From IMG/VR virus record IMGVR_UViG_3300017650_000224, positions 1 to 52,874 of that record: DNA of 52,874 nucleotides; one strand, written 5' to 3'. Under the pieces are notes generated by a model. It was not told the origin of the DNA and ran no database searches. It saw only the letters and a list, made by a program, of their open reading frames with translations. A program made the position numbers and the translations under genes. The stretch is from a virus (lineage: Duplodnaviria; Caudoviricetes). Positions 1 to 8,991 of the stretch are shown here, one piece after another. The stretch's first letter is position 1; the number at the start of each line of letters is the position of its first letter.

Positions 1-43
1 CCGGTCCGTACAGTTCAGGCGTGCAAGTGTTATAGAACAGCGA

Positions 44-72
44 AACCGCCTCCTGCGTGAGCAAGAGGCGGT
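44..72. terminator. Hairpin ACCGCCTC...GAGGCGGT, probable terminator for the leftmost operon
   Basis: Inverted repeat just past the stop of 80..298; weak U-tract. Confidence 0.45.
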
Positions 73-79
73 GTGTGGG

Positions 80-298
80 TTAGAACGAAAAGAAGTGCTG
101 CGCGATCGCCACAGGTGGCAGCACGTCACAGCCAATAGTCGCCGTGCATAACAGTGCGCCCGGCCAAGTCAGGCCGACATACGCTTGCCCCAACAAATTA
201 AGCGCAGGCATAGACTTCGCAAAGGCCATGCCGGAAAGCACGGCGGAAAACAGATAGAAACTTACCGCACCAAACGTGTAGCTTTTCCAGTCCATCAC
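80..298 (-). CDS. Small hydrophobic (membrane) hypothetical protein
   Basis: 72 aa, two hydrophobic stretches, start overlaps the upstream stop. Confidence 0.65.
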   Translation of the reverse strand: MMDWKSYTFGAVSFYLFSAVLSGMAFAKSMPALNLLGQAYVGLTWPGALLCTATIGCDVLPPVAIAQHFFSF

Positions 299-963
299 CC
301 CGCCATCTCCATGGCCGTCAGCACCTTGCTTTCCAAGTCGGCAAGCGAGCCGGTGTTTTCGATGATGTCGTCTGCATCAAAGTCCATAGCCTCGCTGCTA
401 TGCGACCCGGCAATGCCGCCACGACCAACGACCCGCAGAACCACGCCGCCCAAGCTGCGAACGGTTTCCGCCTCGTTCTGGAAGCGGCAATCGTCAGTGA
501 CGATGCGGCCACCGTGCTCAACACAGTCGCGGGCAGCGTTCCACCACAGCCCGGTCCAAAGCTGCTCTCCGATACACCGCCTGCCCCATTCTGTCCCAAG
601 CGTCTGCATCGCGTGGCGCGGCGTCTGCCCCTGCAACCATGGGTGCGGGATTTCCTTTAGGTCGCCCTCGATGTGGGCGTCGGTCAGCCCAATTGCCCGC
701 ATCATCGCTTTCAGCGGCCCCGCGAACTTCACGCGGCTGTAACCGCGCCGAACGAGGATGTCGGCCGCCGTGGACTTGCCGGCACCAGCGAGGCCGGTGA
801 ATGCCACGACTTTCGGCCAAGTGGCGACCTGAGCGTGGTTGTCGTTGGCGGGGCGAAGGTGCGGCCAGTCGAGTGGTCCTAGCCCCCAGTCTTCGCGCTT
901 ATGGTGGCTCCACTTGAGATTGATGGGCGCCATTGGCAGATAAGCAGTTCCAGGAAACACCAT
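295..963 (-). CDS. Deoxynucleoside monophosphate kinase (T4 gp1/T5-like)
   Basis: P-loop GLAGAGKST, FAGPLK, TPRHAMQTLGTEWGR and DCRFQNE motifs; start placed at the TGATG overlap. Confidence 0.85.
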   Translation of the reverse strand: MVFPGTAYLPMAPINLKWSHHKREDWGLGPLDWPHLRPANDNHAQVATWPKVVAFTGLAGAGKSTAADILVRRGYSRVKFAGPLKAMMRAIGLTDAHIEGDLKEIPHPWLQGQTPRHAMQTLGTEWGRRCIGEQLWTGLWWNAARDCVEHGGRIVTDDCRFQNEAETVRSLGGVVLRVVGRGGIAGSHSSEAMDFDADDIIENTGSLADLESKVLTAMEMAG

Positions 964-1544
964 CACAACACCCCCATTCCACGCAATTCGCGCACACTCG
1001 AAAGCGCGTCGGTGTGCAGCACATACTGGCCGCCCTTCTTCTCCCACGCCGCCATGTTGACTGCCCGGTCGTCGACAAGAACGTCACCCGGTTGGCAATA
1101 GTCCGGCTTCTCGTGCGTCAAGCAGGTCACGACCTCCAAATCACCAACGTGACGTGCAATCCATTCCCGCTTCTGCACCGCGACCGCGTCGGCCCCGGCC
1201 TTAGGTAATGCGGTAAGCACCTTCGGATTGAGGTGCCTCACGCTTTCGAGTAGGAACCAAGCGTCCCGCATCGGCGGCAGGTCGAGGAAGAAATTCGGGT
1301 TGGCATTCAGCCCGGCCCAGAACGCTTTCGTGCCGTGGACCCACTCCCATTTGTACGTGTTGTCGGTTCCGAGCGCGGCACAGGCGGCCGAGTCGAAGTC
1401 GGCCAACACGCCGTCCATGTCGAGCCAGAGTTGGCCGGTGAACGGCGCGTTGCCGTATGCTTCGATCGCGCGCAATAATTCTGCCTCAGTCGGCACCCGC
1501 TCCACCGACTTGCGGGCGGCGATGTCGACAAGCTGGGCGGTCAT
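963..1544 (-). CDS. 5'(3')-deoxyribonucleotidase, HAD family (NT5C-like)
   Basis: LDMDGVLADF motif I and LVDD...N...W...GG motif IV. Confidence 0.8.
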   Translation of the reverse strand: MTAQLVDIAARKSVERVPTEAELLRAIEAYGNAPFTGQLWLDMDGVLADFDSAACAALGTDNTYKWEWVHGTKAFWAGLNANPNFFLDLPPMRDAWFLLESVRHLNPKVLTALPKAGADAVAVQKREWIARHVGDLEVVTCLTHEKPDYCQPGDVLVDDRAVNMAAWEKKGGQYVLHTDALSSVRELRGMGVL

Positions 1545-1690
1545 GTGCGCACCTCAGCTGCCGCCCCAATCACTCCAAGCACAATTGCCGAGAATGCCGA
1601 GAAGGCGCCCGCCGGGCTGTCGATACTAGTGGAAGCCAACGCAACGCACGCGCCGAATCCCGCCCAAATCATGGGTTTCAATCTTTCCAT
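1541..1690 (-). CDS. Small membrane protein (49 aa, MERLKPMIWAGFG...)
   Basis: Translated by hand; strong GAGGAG SD; ATGA overlap with the next gene. Confidence 0.6.
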   Translation of the reverse strand: MERLKPMIWAGFGACVALASTSIDSPAGAFSAFSAIVLGVIGAAAEVRT

Positions 1691-1738
1691 CTGTATTTCT
1701 CCTCTTGGTAGCGCGGGCTTGGTGGGCCCGACTTGGTG

Positions 1739-1882
1739 TTAGGCGGCGGCTCCCCAGAACCATCGCCCGGAGCGTTTGGGCGCGGAGTATCGCGGCCAGC
1801 CGTTATCGCGCAGCCGCAGAACCTTACCGATGGCTGTGCGCGAAAGGCGCTTCCAGCGGCGGGATTCTCTGTGGGAGGTCAT
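1739..1882 (-). CDS. Small basic protein (47 aa, MTSHRESRRW...WGAAA)
   Basis: Translated by hand; ATGA-coupled to the upstream ORF; GGAGG SD. Confidence 0.5.
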   Translation of the reverse strand: MTSHRESRRWKRLSRTAIGKVLRLRDNGWPRYSAPKRSGRWFWGAAA

Positions 1883-2112
1883 GCTGCAACCCTCCTAAAC
1901 AGCAATGTCTGGAAGTTCGATTTGATGAGGTCGCGCCACACTACTTCACGTAGACGCTGACCAAAAACCCTCGCTGCTTCATAAGCCGATTCAGCCAGCA
2001 CAAGCGGGACAACCAACACAATCAGTGCCAACGGCAGCGCCGCCCACATCACTATCCCGCGCAGAAAGCGATTCTTGATGTTGTGAATGTTCAATTTTCG
2101 GACTTTGCTCAC
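1879..2112 (-). CDS. Hypothetical membrane protein
   Basis: 77 aa, one TM segment, coupled overlaps on both sides. Confidence 0.6.
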   Translation of the reverse strand: MSKVRKLNIHNIKNRFLRGIVMWAALPLALIVLVVPLVLAESAYEAARVFGQRLREVVWRDLIKSNFQTLLFRRVAA

Positions 2113-3392
2113 GCAGCCACCCTCCCCTCGCTCGCCGGTTCATTATCGTTCGCGGCCCGATAAGCCCCAGCGACCATTTCTGGTCGCAGGGTCGAGCGCC
2201 CTACCTCCCCGTATTTCTTCGAGTACGTAATGACCTTGGCCGACCGGCCAGACAGCCACCCGCCGCCACTCGCGTAGGCGTCCGGGGCGGCAAGCGTTTC
2301 GTGGCGCTCGATGTGCATCAGGGCTGTCTCGACCACCGCGTCGGAATGCAGATGCCCGCCATGGCCGTAATTGTACTGGCACCGCCCGAACATTTCGCGG
2401 AACTTCCCGGCGAATGTGCGGTCGAGGTCTTTCACGCCGCGCTTGTGCATGTGGTGGTAGTAAAGTCCGGTCTGCCCCCACTCGAACGCATAATAGAGGT
2501 CCGGGCTGCGATCGACGGTAATGCGCGGTTCGTTCTCGTAGAGCGTGGCCAGTAGCTCGCGGATCCATACCGACGAAGCCGGGTCGTGATTACCAGACGC
2601 CATAACGACGTGAACGCGCTCATGCTTGGCGAGCATCATATCGATGACGCGACGCAAGGCCCGGACCACGGCTCGCACGACTTTGTGCAAGCGGCTGTCG
2701 GCGTCGAGAACGTGCCTGTGCGCTGGCGTGACGGATTCCAGGCTGTCGTGGTGCATCAGGTCGCCGAGCTGCGCCAATAGGCCGGTGTGCGCGTCTGGGC
2801 TGGTGCGGATTGCCGCCGAGAACCAATCCAAGAAAAGCTGCTCGGCGATTTTCAGGTCGTAGTCCGAGCCGGTCTCCTCGCGGTGCGCCAGCATGCCGAA
2901 GTGGTTGTCGGTGACAGTGTACTGGTTAAGCAGGTCGTCGTTCCAGATCGTGTCGGCTGTGTGCGACGGCACGGGAGCGACGCGCGGCAGCGTTTCCTTT
3001 AGCGCCTCGACCGCTGCCTCAAGCGCTACGCGCTGGCTTTCCGCCCCTGCCCGCTCCATCACGTGCTGGGTAATAATGCGCCCTTCGGCGTCGATCAGGC
3101 TTGTCTTGCCTTTGATGGTCAGACCGTCAGTCGGCGCCCATTCTGGGCCAGCTTCTTTCCGCTGCTGGACGTACTGCCCGTTTGGTGTGTCGGTGATCTG
3201 GCGGATGCTGTAACCCGGCAACGTCTCCATGTTGCCCAACAACCCCCGCTCCGCCGCGCGGTTCAGGCGGTTCGTGAACGTCTGTCTCGGCAGGCCAAGC
3301 GTGCGGGCCGCTTCGGTTTTGTTCTCGCCGCAGGCGCGGTAGGCGATTGCGGCTTCGATGGCGTCTTCGTCGGAAAGGCGGGGGTTAGCCAT
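2109..3392 (-). CDS. Calcineurin-like metallophosphoesterase with N-terminal HTH
   Basis: TDNHFG, LGDLMH, SGNHD and GHLH motifs; Fis-like NKTEAARTLGLPRQT; ends AANDNEPASEGRVAA. Confidence 0.85.
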   Translation of the reverse strand: MANPRLSDEDAIEAAIAYRACGENKTEAARTLGLPRQTFTNRLNRAAERGLLGNMETLPGYSIRQITDTPNGQYVQQRKEAGPEWAPTDGLTIKGKTSLIDAEGRIITQHVMERAGAESQRVALEAAVEALKETLPRVAPVPSHTADTIWNDDLLNQYTVTDNHFGMLAHREETGSDYDLKIAEQLFLDWFSAAIRTSPDAHTGLLAQLGDLMHHDSLESVTPAHRHVLDADSRLHKVVRAVVRALRRVIDMMLAKHERVHVVMASGNHDPASSVWIRELLATLYENEPRITVDRSPDLYYAFEWGQTGLYYHHMHKRGVKDLDRTFAGKFREMFGRCQYNYGHGGHLHSDAVVETALMHIERHETLAAPDAYASGGGWLSGRSAKVITYSKKYGEVGRSTLRPEMVAGAYRAANDNEPASEGRVAA

Positions 3393-3672
3393 GGGCGGCA
3401 CCGGTGCGGATGGCGCGAGCGGCTGCCGAAAGGACAGGAATGTGATGTGGCCCAAATTCGCGGGCCTGCTCAATCTCCTCGTCTACAATATTAGCGCAAC
3501 GCTCACGCTCGGCAAGGATGGCGCGGGCCGCAATGGAAAGCATGGGCGCGTCATCAAACTCGCCCGACGCCACCCGAAGCAAATCAGCCGCGTCTTCGAT
3601 TCCGCTTATCGCAACAAACACGGCTCGCGCCTGCTGCAACACGTCCTGCGGGATATCCCCGGGCCGGCTCAT
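3385..3672 (-). CDS. Phage hypothetical protein
   Basis: 95 aa, coupled to neighbours, AILAERERCA motif common in phage ORFs. Confidence 0.65.
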   Translation of the reverse strand: MSRPGDIPQDVLQQARAVFVAISGIEDAADLLRVASGEFDDAPMLSIAARAILAERERCANIVDEEIEQAREFGPHHIPVLSAAARAIRTGAAHG

Positions 3673-3875
3673 GCCACCACCCCGCCCGCATTGCGGATTA
3701 GATAATCAACACCAGCCTGCCACATGTCGCGATAGCCATACTCGCCGTGCCCGTTACGCTTGCGCGCCTGCGCTGCGTGCTCAGCCATGGCGCTCGTGAC
3801 GCCTGCGGCTGGCTCGCGGATCATTTCCAGCACGCGCCGTACTGTCTGCGCGTCGGGCTTGCCCTCTGCCGTCAT
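3669..3875 (-). CDS. Phage hypothetical protein
   Basis: 68 aa with GAGGA SD. Confidence 0.6.
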   Translation of the reverse strand: MTAEGKPDAQTVRRVLEMIREPAAGVTSAMAEHAAQARKRNGHGEYGYRDMWQAGVDYLIRNAGGVVA

Positions 3876-3924
3876 CCTCTACTCCTCTTGGTACGTCCGC
3901 GCCTTTGGTGTCAGCGCGGCATGC

Positions 3925-3963
3925 AAAACAAAAAATCCCCCGCCGGCGGGAGCCAACGGGGGA
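3925..3963 (-). terminator. Intrinsic terminator
   Basis: TCCCCCGTTGGC-TCCC-GCCGGCGGGGGA followed by TTTTTTGTTTT on the minus strand. Confidence 0.8.
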
Positions 3964-4047
3964 CGTGCATTCAGATGTGCAAAATCATCCCACAGCTTGC
4001 GCTGCGACCGTGGCTGGCTATGGGAATCATTTGGAATTTATGGGAGG

Positions 4048-4076
4048 CTTATATAGGATTGCGCGGCGGATGTCAA
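4048..4076 (-). promoter_or_regulatory. Sigma70-family promoter
   Basis: TTGACA-N17-TATAAG on the minus strand. Confidence 0.65.
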
Positions 4077-4106
4077 GCGAAAACACAACATGTAGTGGGC
4101 GCCGCA

Positions 4107-4385
4107 CTACTGGCCACCACTTCTGCGCGCCGCCGGCTTATAGAGCGCATCGATCCGACCCGTCAGGTGGTCTAGCTTCCCGCTCACCCCGTTGATGGCC
4201 GCCATGATCTGTGCGGTCTGCTCGGTCATGCCAGCCTTCGTGACATATACCTCGGCAATATGAAGGCGGTGCGCCGCCAAATCATCCGTGTTGCGGCGGA
4301 TCATGCCTTCCACGCGCCACCAAACGCCCGACACTGCACCCAGCAATACCAGCACCGCCGATACGACTTCCCAGGTTATGGTCAT
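4107..4385 (-). CDS. Lysis-cassette membrane protein (N-terminal TM plus coiled coil)
   Basis: MTITWEVVSAVLVLLGAVSGVWW; lies after the endolysin/holin genes. Confidence 0.65.
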   Translation of the reverse strand: MTITWEVVSAVLVLLGAVSGVWWRVEGMIRRNTDDLAAHRLHIAEVYVTKAGMTEQTAQIMAAINGVSGKLDHLTGRIDALYKPAARRSGGQ

Positions 4386-4780
4386 GCGCGCCTCCCGCGC
4401 AACACCAGCGCCCCGGCGTCGGCAATAACGATCGCCGGTACCAGAACCAGCGCCATGTCGTGGATTGCGGGCGGCACAGCGACAACCACCAGCGACAGTC
4501 CGAACCATGGGTTGATAATCTGCACCAGGTAGATGGCGGCCCACCAAATCCCGAACGGCACGACGATAAGCCAGCGGCCTACCGACGTGGCGCTCAGCGC
4601 TCGTTGGGTCTCGGCCAACGCTATGTCGCGCGCCGCTTCAATGCGGCGAGCCGTCTGCTCGGCTTCCAGCCGCTCGGTGTCGTTCTGGGCGGCCAGCTGG
4701 GCCTCATAGGCCCGGAGCAGCGGCCCGGTGAACTTGTCGATCACCGGGCCCGCGAGCAGCTTCAGCAGCCACTGCATCAC
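4382..4780 (-). CDS. Putative holin-like membrane protein
   Basis: Two C-terminal TM helices; lysis cassette position. Confidence 0.6.
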   Translation of the reverse strand: MMQWLLKLLAGPVIDKFTGPLLRAYEAQLAAQNDTERLEAEQTARRIEAARDIALAETQRALSATSVGRWLIVVPFGIWWAAIYLVQIINPWFGLSLVVVAVPPAIHDMALVLVPAIVIADAGALVLRGRRA

Positions 4781-4977
4781 GTCGCCCAGCCCAGCCGCTT
4801 GGCCAGCCAGTACCAGCCTTCCGCCACCAGCGCGGCGGCAACACCAGCAAGGACTTGCAGCGCGGACAGAAGGTCGGGGTCATTAGCCAGCATGTCGCCC
4901 ATGCCGGGATCGAGCAGGCCGCGCGCGACCAGCAGGGCTGCGACGTAGCGCAGCCCGATACGAATAAATACGGTCAT
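4777..4977 (-). CDS. Putative holin (small 2-TM protein)
   Basis: 66 aa, MTVFIRIGLRY...AEGWYWLAKRLGWAT, directly downstream of the endolysin. Confidence 0.65.
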   Translation of the reverse strand: MTVFIRIGLRYVAALLVARGLLDPGMGDMLANDPDLLSALQVLAGVAAALVAEGWYWLAKRLGWAT

Positions 4978-4987
4978 TTGGATTTCC

Positions 4988-5743
4988 TTATTGGTCGGCT
5001 GGCGTGTCATCGGCAGGCAGTACAACCGGCTCATTGCTGCGCTGGCCGCGTATGCGGCGCAGCAGCCATGCGCCAGCTGCCGCCACAGCCAAGGCCACCA
5101 GCACAAGCACACCGGGCTTCACCGCCGACGGCGTGAGCGTCGGCGCTTGTGCCACGCTGTCAGGCAGGGCTGGTTGATCGACAGTCACCGGCGGGTTGCC
5201 CGCGAACGCGGCACGCAGTTCCTTGTCGACGGATATCCGGCGAGCAGAAGACCAGTCCGGCGTCATGTTTGCACGCACGCGGGTGTATTCGGTCATCGTG
5301 CCGTCGCCGGTCCACTTCCCGTCAAAGAACAGGTCACGCTCTTTTTGGCGGCGGACGGTGATTTCCTTGGGCGTCACCCAGTTCATGAACGCCTGCCGGG
5401 CTTGCGCAACTCGGCCGGCCTTCCAATGTTCCACCCACGCGGCCTGCTTGATCTTCCCGGTGTTCCAATGGAACGACAGGGCGGCAACATACTGGTGTTC
5501 GTTCAGCCGGTGGCCAGCGAACGCCTCGTCCACCTGCTTAGCATACGCCCGCAGCGCCCACACGAACACGTTCATGCAGTGTTGGAGCGGCGCGGGGTTG
5601 CCAACATAGCGCTCAACGCGGTGCCCGGTGGCGTTGGTCATACCCACGCACCAGGTCGGCACCCCGACGCTATCCTTATAGGTTTGGCGCACAAGCGCTT
5701 CGTGCGCGGCCACCTCAAGGGCGGCGCGGTAAGTGAGGGTCAT
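4988..5743 (-). CDS. Endolysin, GH24 lysozyme with C-terminal TM segment
   Basis: Catalytic E-x8-D-x5-T (HEALVRQTYKDSVGVPT) and RRQKERDLF; Pro-rich linker then VLVLVALAVAAAGAWLLRR. Confidence 0.85.
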   Translation of the reverse strand: MTLTYRAALEVAAHEALVRQTYKDSVGVPTWCVGMTNATGHRVERYVGNPAPLQHCMNVFVWALRAYAKQVDEAFAGHRLNEHQYVAALSFHWNTGKIKQAAWVEHWKAGRVAQARQAFMNWVTPKEITVRRQKERDLFFDGKWTGDGTMTEYTRVRANMTPDWSSARRISVDKELRAAFAGNPPVTVDQPALPDSVAQAPTLTPSAVKPGVLVLVALAVAAAGAWLLRRIRGQRSNEPVVLPADDTPADQ

Positions 5744-5819
5744 TGGAGGGAATCCTATTAGGGCCGGTCTAGACTTTGCCGGGCATTTTGCGTTTCATGC
5801 CCAGAAAGAGGGGGAGATC

Positions 5820-6401
5820 ATGAAAGCAATTGTGATTGCGGCACTGCTTGCCGCTTTGCCGACCGTTGCTGGGGCGCAGGAGGGCGACTTCTATGCCGGT
5901 GTGCTTCTGGGCGCGGGCCACGGCGAGCGGGAGGCCATCGGATCGGGCTGGACGGCCGAGACAAACGGCACGCTCATCGGCGGTATGGTTGGCTATACGG
6001 TAATGACCAGCCCGATCCTTTTGGGGATCGAGGCCGACTACCAACTGTCAAATATTGGCTCAGACAGGACATGGGGCCGCATCGACGGCCTCGACCACTT
6101 TGGCACCGTGCGCGCCCTAGCAGGCTTCCAGATCGAAGACTTCTCGATTTACGGCACGGCTGGCGTTGCCTTCGGAAGCGGCTATTTCCACCCGCGCGGC
6201 GCACCGCGAAAAGACGAGTTTATAGTCGGCACCGCGATCGGCATTGGGGCGAAATATCAAGTAACGGAAGCGCTCGGCCTCACGGCCGACGTCCTGCAAC
6301 TGAATTTCGGGGAGCCGAAATATTTCTCGATGCTGCTGGGGAACGCCGCTGTTCGCACAGAGGATCGCGTAGCAAGGGTCGGAGTGGTGTTTAGTTTTTA
6401 G
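5820..6401 (+). CDS. Outer-membrane beta-barrel protein, Omp25/RopB-like (moron)
   Basis: Signal peptide, FYAGVLLG, LGIEADYQ, IYGTAGVAFG, terminal Phe; opposite strand to the flanking phage operons. Confidence 0.85.
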   Translation: MKAIVIAALLAALPTVAGAQEGDFYAGVLLGAGHGEREAIGSGWTAETNGTLIGGMVGYTVMTSPILLGIEADYQLSNIGSDRTWGRIDGLDHFGTVRALAGFQIEDFSIYGTAGVAFGSGYFHPRGAPRKDEFIVGTAIGIGAKYQVTEALGLTADVLQLNFGEPKYFSMLLGNAAVRTEDRVARVGVVFSF

Positions 6402-6493
6402 GACCACCTTCGCCGCAAGCCGGGGCTAGCTGCCTTCTTTGCCGCTCCCCCATCAGGCCCTGGCTGACATCATGACCTCTACTAGTCAGATCG

Positions 6494-6832
6494 CTAATTC
6501 TCCCTGACGTCTTTCAGCCTCTGCATCGCATAAGCCATCAAGAACGTTCGAAGCACAGACGTTGCATTCGACTGGTCAGAACCGGCGAGCATCAGAACCT
6601 TGAAGACTAGGGCGTTGCGCGACATACCGATATCGGCAGCGGCGACTTCCAGTGCGCTCCAGAAAATGGCCTCTAAACGCACGCCCTTGCGCGAGCCTTT
6701 ATGGCTAAGTGCCCTAAATTCGGGGGCGGCTAGCGCTAACATGCGCTCACTGTCCAGCAGGCTTTCGGGCGCATCTCTCTCGTATGCTAAGCCGCCCGCC
6801 TCAGTTGTGTCCACGATTGCCACCCAGCTCAC
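6494..6832 (-). CDS. Ribbon-helix-helix DNA-binding protein (RHH_4-like)
   Basis: RKGVRLEAIFWSALE...SRNALV...NATSVLR pattern. Confidence 0.7.
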   Translation of the reverse strand: MSWVAIVDTTEAGGLAYERDAPESLLDSERMLALAAPEFRALSHKGSRKGVRLEAIFWSALEVAAADIGMSRNALVFKVLMLAGSDQSNATSVLRTFLMAYAMQRLKDVREN

Positions 6833-6883
6833 CCGTGGCCGACGCGCCTATCGCGCAATCAAGCCACCCCCTGCGGGACCCGT

Positions 6884-6905
6884 ATACTGCAATATGATAC
6901 AGTAT
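6884..6905. promoter_or_regulatory. Palindrome ATACTG-N10-CAGTAT, candidate operator
   Basis: Perfect inverted half-sites about 50 bp upstream of the RHH gene. Confidence 0.4.
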
Positions 6906-7368
6906 TTCCGAAGAAACCGCCAGATGGATAGTTGATACAGAGGAAACCTTGACCCATCATAAGATGTTATACCTATTTCGAGGGCATGGCATAGCGCATT
7001 ATGAGTAAGATTGACTGATCCCCGAAGACGTTCCCTCCCAATGATCGAGACCATTACGCAGAAAAGGCTACAATGACTGTGTACTGGCTCCATACGACCA
7101 TTGCTGTTGATCAGGCGCCAAATTCCGTCCAGCATGGGCGGGCCGCGCTTCGCCCCTTCCATAGCTGGAGGCGCAGCAGGCGCCGTTCCGGGGCGGACCT
7201 CCAACTCGGAGCGGCGCTCTTACGAAAAGCTCTCATGTTAGCGCCATCAGTACAATTGGACCGATTTCCAGCAGAACCTGTTCACGCTTCCCAGATACGT
7301 CGGGCGCAGACAGGAACGGAGCGCTTTGCCAATGGTTAAATCGCTAAGTCGTGGTAAGGAGATGCGTG

Positions 7369-7599
7369 ATGACTTCGGTATACATGATGGCAGAAGACAA
7401 GGTTGAGCAGGCTCGCGGCATGGTGAGTGGGGAGATTTGGCACGACAAAAAGTTGGCATACCTCTTGGACATAGCTCTCGAACGGCTGGAAGAACTCGCT
7501 ATTGCAGATATTCATCGAAGGCGGGACAGGTTTGTAGCGCGGACGGAAACCGTGACGCCGTTTCGGCGGCGAAAAGAAAAAGCCCCGCTGAGCAGGTAG
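7369..7599 (+). CDS. Small hypothetical protein (moron)
   Basis: GGAG SD, helical acidic protein; upstream GGAAC-N16-GGTT (7313-7337). Confidence 0.5.
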   Translation: MTSVYMMAEDKVEQARGMVSGEIWHDKKLAYLLDIALERLEELAIADIHRRRDRFVARTETVTPFRRRKEKAPLSR

Positions 7600-8154
7600 G
7601 CAGCGGGGCAGTTGGGCGTCATAAGGAAGGCCAAGGGGCATATGGCCCTACCCCAGCAGCGCCGCAAGACGCGTGGCGCTGCCCGCTCATAATGCCCGAA
7701 ACTAGAAATGTGGCAAGAAGCCAAATCTGCCGGAGGCTCGCTGCAACCATTTCGAGATGGCCACGTTCACAAGAGCGGACATTCTTCGCCCCTCAATTGG
7801 CACCGCTCGCAGGCTCAAGCATCCCATGTGCGGGCGGCTCCACATGAGCGCGAATCCAACAGCCGCAACAGCTTGCCCCTCTCCTTTGTCCCCTTGATGT
7901 GGCAGGCAACACGATGCCGTCGACTTCTCCCGAGGTCGGCGGCATTTTGGTGCGGAGTTCAGAGAGACAGCAGAAGCAAGCGAGGCTCGGACCCATGCTA
8001 GGGGGCTTAGGGTCCAAGCCTCCGCAGCGTCGACTGGACGCATGACGCTGCCTCTCGATAATCGTCGGAAATGGCTTCGCTTCAAGTTGCTCAAAAGTAG
8101 TATTGATCAGTGAAGTAGCGCGAGCCCGGCAGGCCGGGCCCTTGAGATAGCAAC

Positions 8155-8991
8155 TTAGCTCGTGAATACGTGAAGCGTGGAGCCAGAACGTACGATCGAT
8201 ACCACTTGGTTCGGCCGCTTGCCCGCCTTGTTGAGTGCTGACGTAATCAGGCTGTTGCTAGCTGCTGCTTGGTGTAGCAGGCCATTCGAATGCTGCTGTA
8301 TTAGCTGCGGACAACCCACAAGAGTGAGCACTTGGACGTCCGTGACAGCATTCCACCCAGAAACAGCGCTATTAGAATAGTCAGCAGCGGCCAACACCGC
8401 CAGAACCTGCTGCTGCTCACCTACGGTGCAGGAGACCCGGCCAGTCGTAAGAGATTGCCCGCCGGGCAACACGCCGCCAGGCCGAGCGGTAGAGGGGCGG
8501 TCTGATCCGCCGCCTGGATTTCCGCCATTTCCCGGCCCACCGGGGCTGCCAGGTCCGCCGGGATTTCCGGGAGTAGCTGTCCCTCCGCCGCCAATTCCCA
8601 CGTCGACACCGACGTCGACAAGCGAGCCCCTGCCTACGCCAACATCAACGTTTGCATTGAGACCTCTATCACCACCGACGTTTGCATCCACATTGGCATC
8701 GACTAAGCCGCGCCGTCCGCCGACATCAGCCCCAACATCGGCGTTTATACCATTGCTCCCGCCTATGGATGCCCCCACGTCCGCTCCGACAAGTTTATCG
8801 CCGCCGAGGCCGACATCGGCACCGACATTGACACCTCGGCTGCCCCCGACATTGGCATCGACTTTTACGCCGTTTCTGAGATCAACCCCCACCTTTGCGA
8901 TGCCCAAATTGAGCTCCAGGGCCATGGCTGGACCAATAAGGCAGCACGATGCCAGCAACGTGACCACTGACGTGCGAAGAAATTTTCTCAT
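8155..8991 (-). CDS. Secreted Gly/Val-rich repeat protein (moron)
   Basis: Signal peptide MRKFLRTSVVTLLASCCLIGPAMA, V-D/N-A-D/N-V-G-G repeats, PG-rich linker, C-terminal domain. Confidence 0.75.
   Translation of the reverse strand: MRKFLRTSVVTLLASCCLIGPAMALELNLGIAKVGVDLRNGVKVDANVGGSRGVNVGADVGLGGDKLVGADVGASIGGSNGINADVGADVGGRRGLVDANVDANVGGDRGLNANVDVGVGRGSLVDVGVDVGIGGGGTATPGNPGGPGSPGGPGNGGNPGGGSDRPSTARPGGVLPGGQSLTTGRVSCTVGEQQQVLAVLAAADYSNSAVSGWNAVTDVQVLTLVGCPQLIQQHSNGLLHQAAASNSLITSALNKAGKRPNQVVSIVRSGSTLHVFTS

Noticed and set aside
6885-6904. E. coli-type SOS box (CTG-N10-CAG)
   Set aside because: Alphaproteobacterial LexA binds GTTC-N7-GTTC; kept only as an unassigned palindrome
7600-8150. ORFs 7702..8094 and 7708..8001
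   Set aside because: No recognisable motifs or ribosome-binding sites
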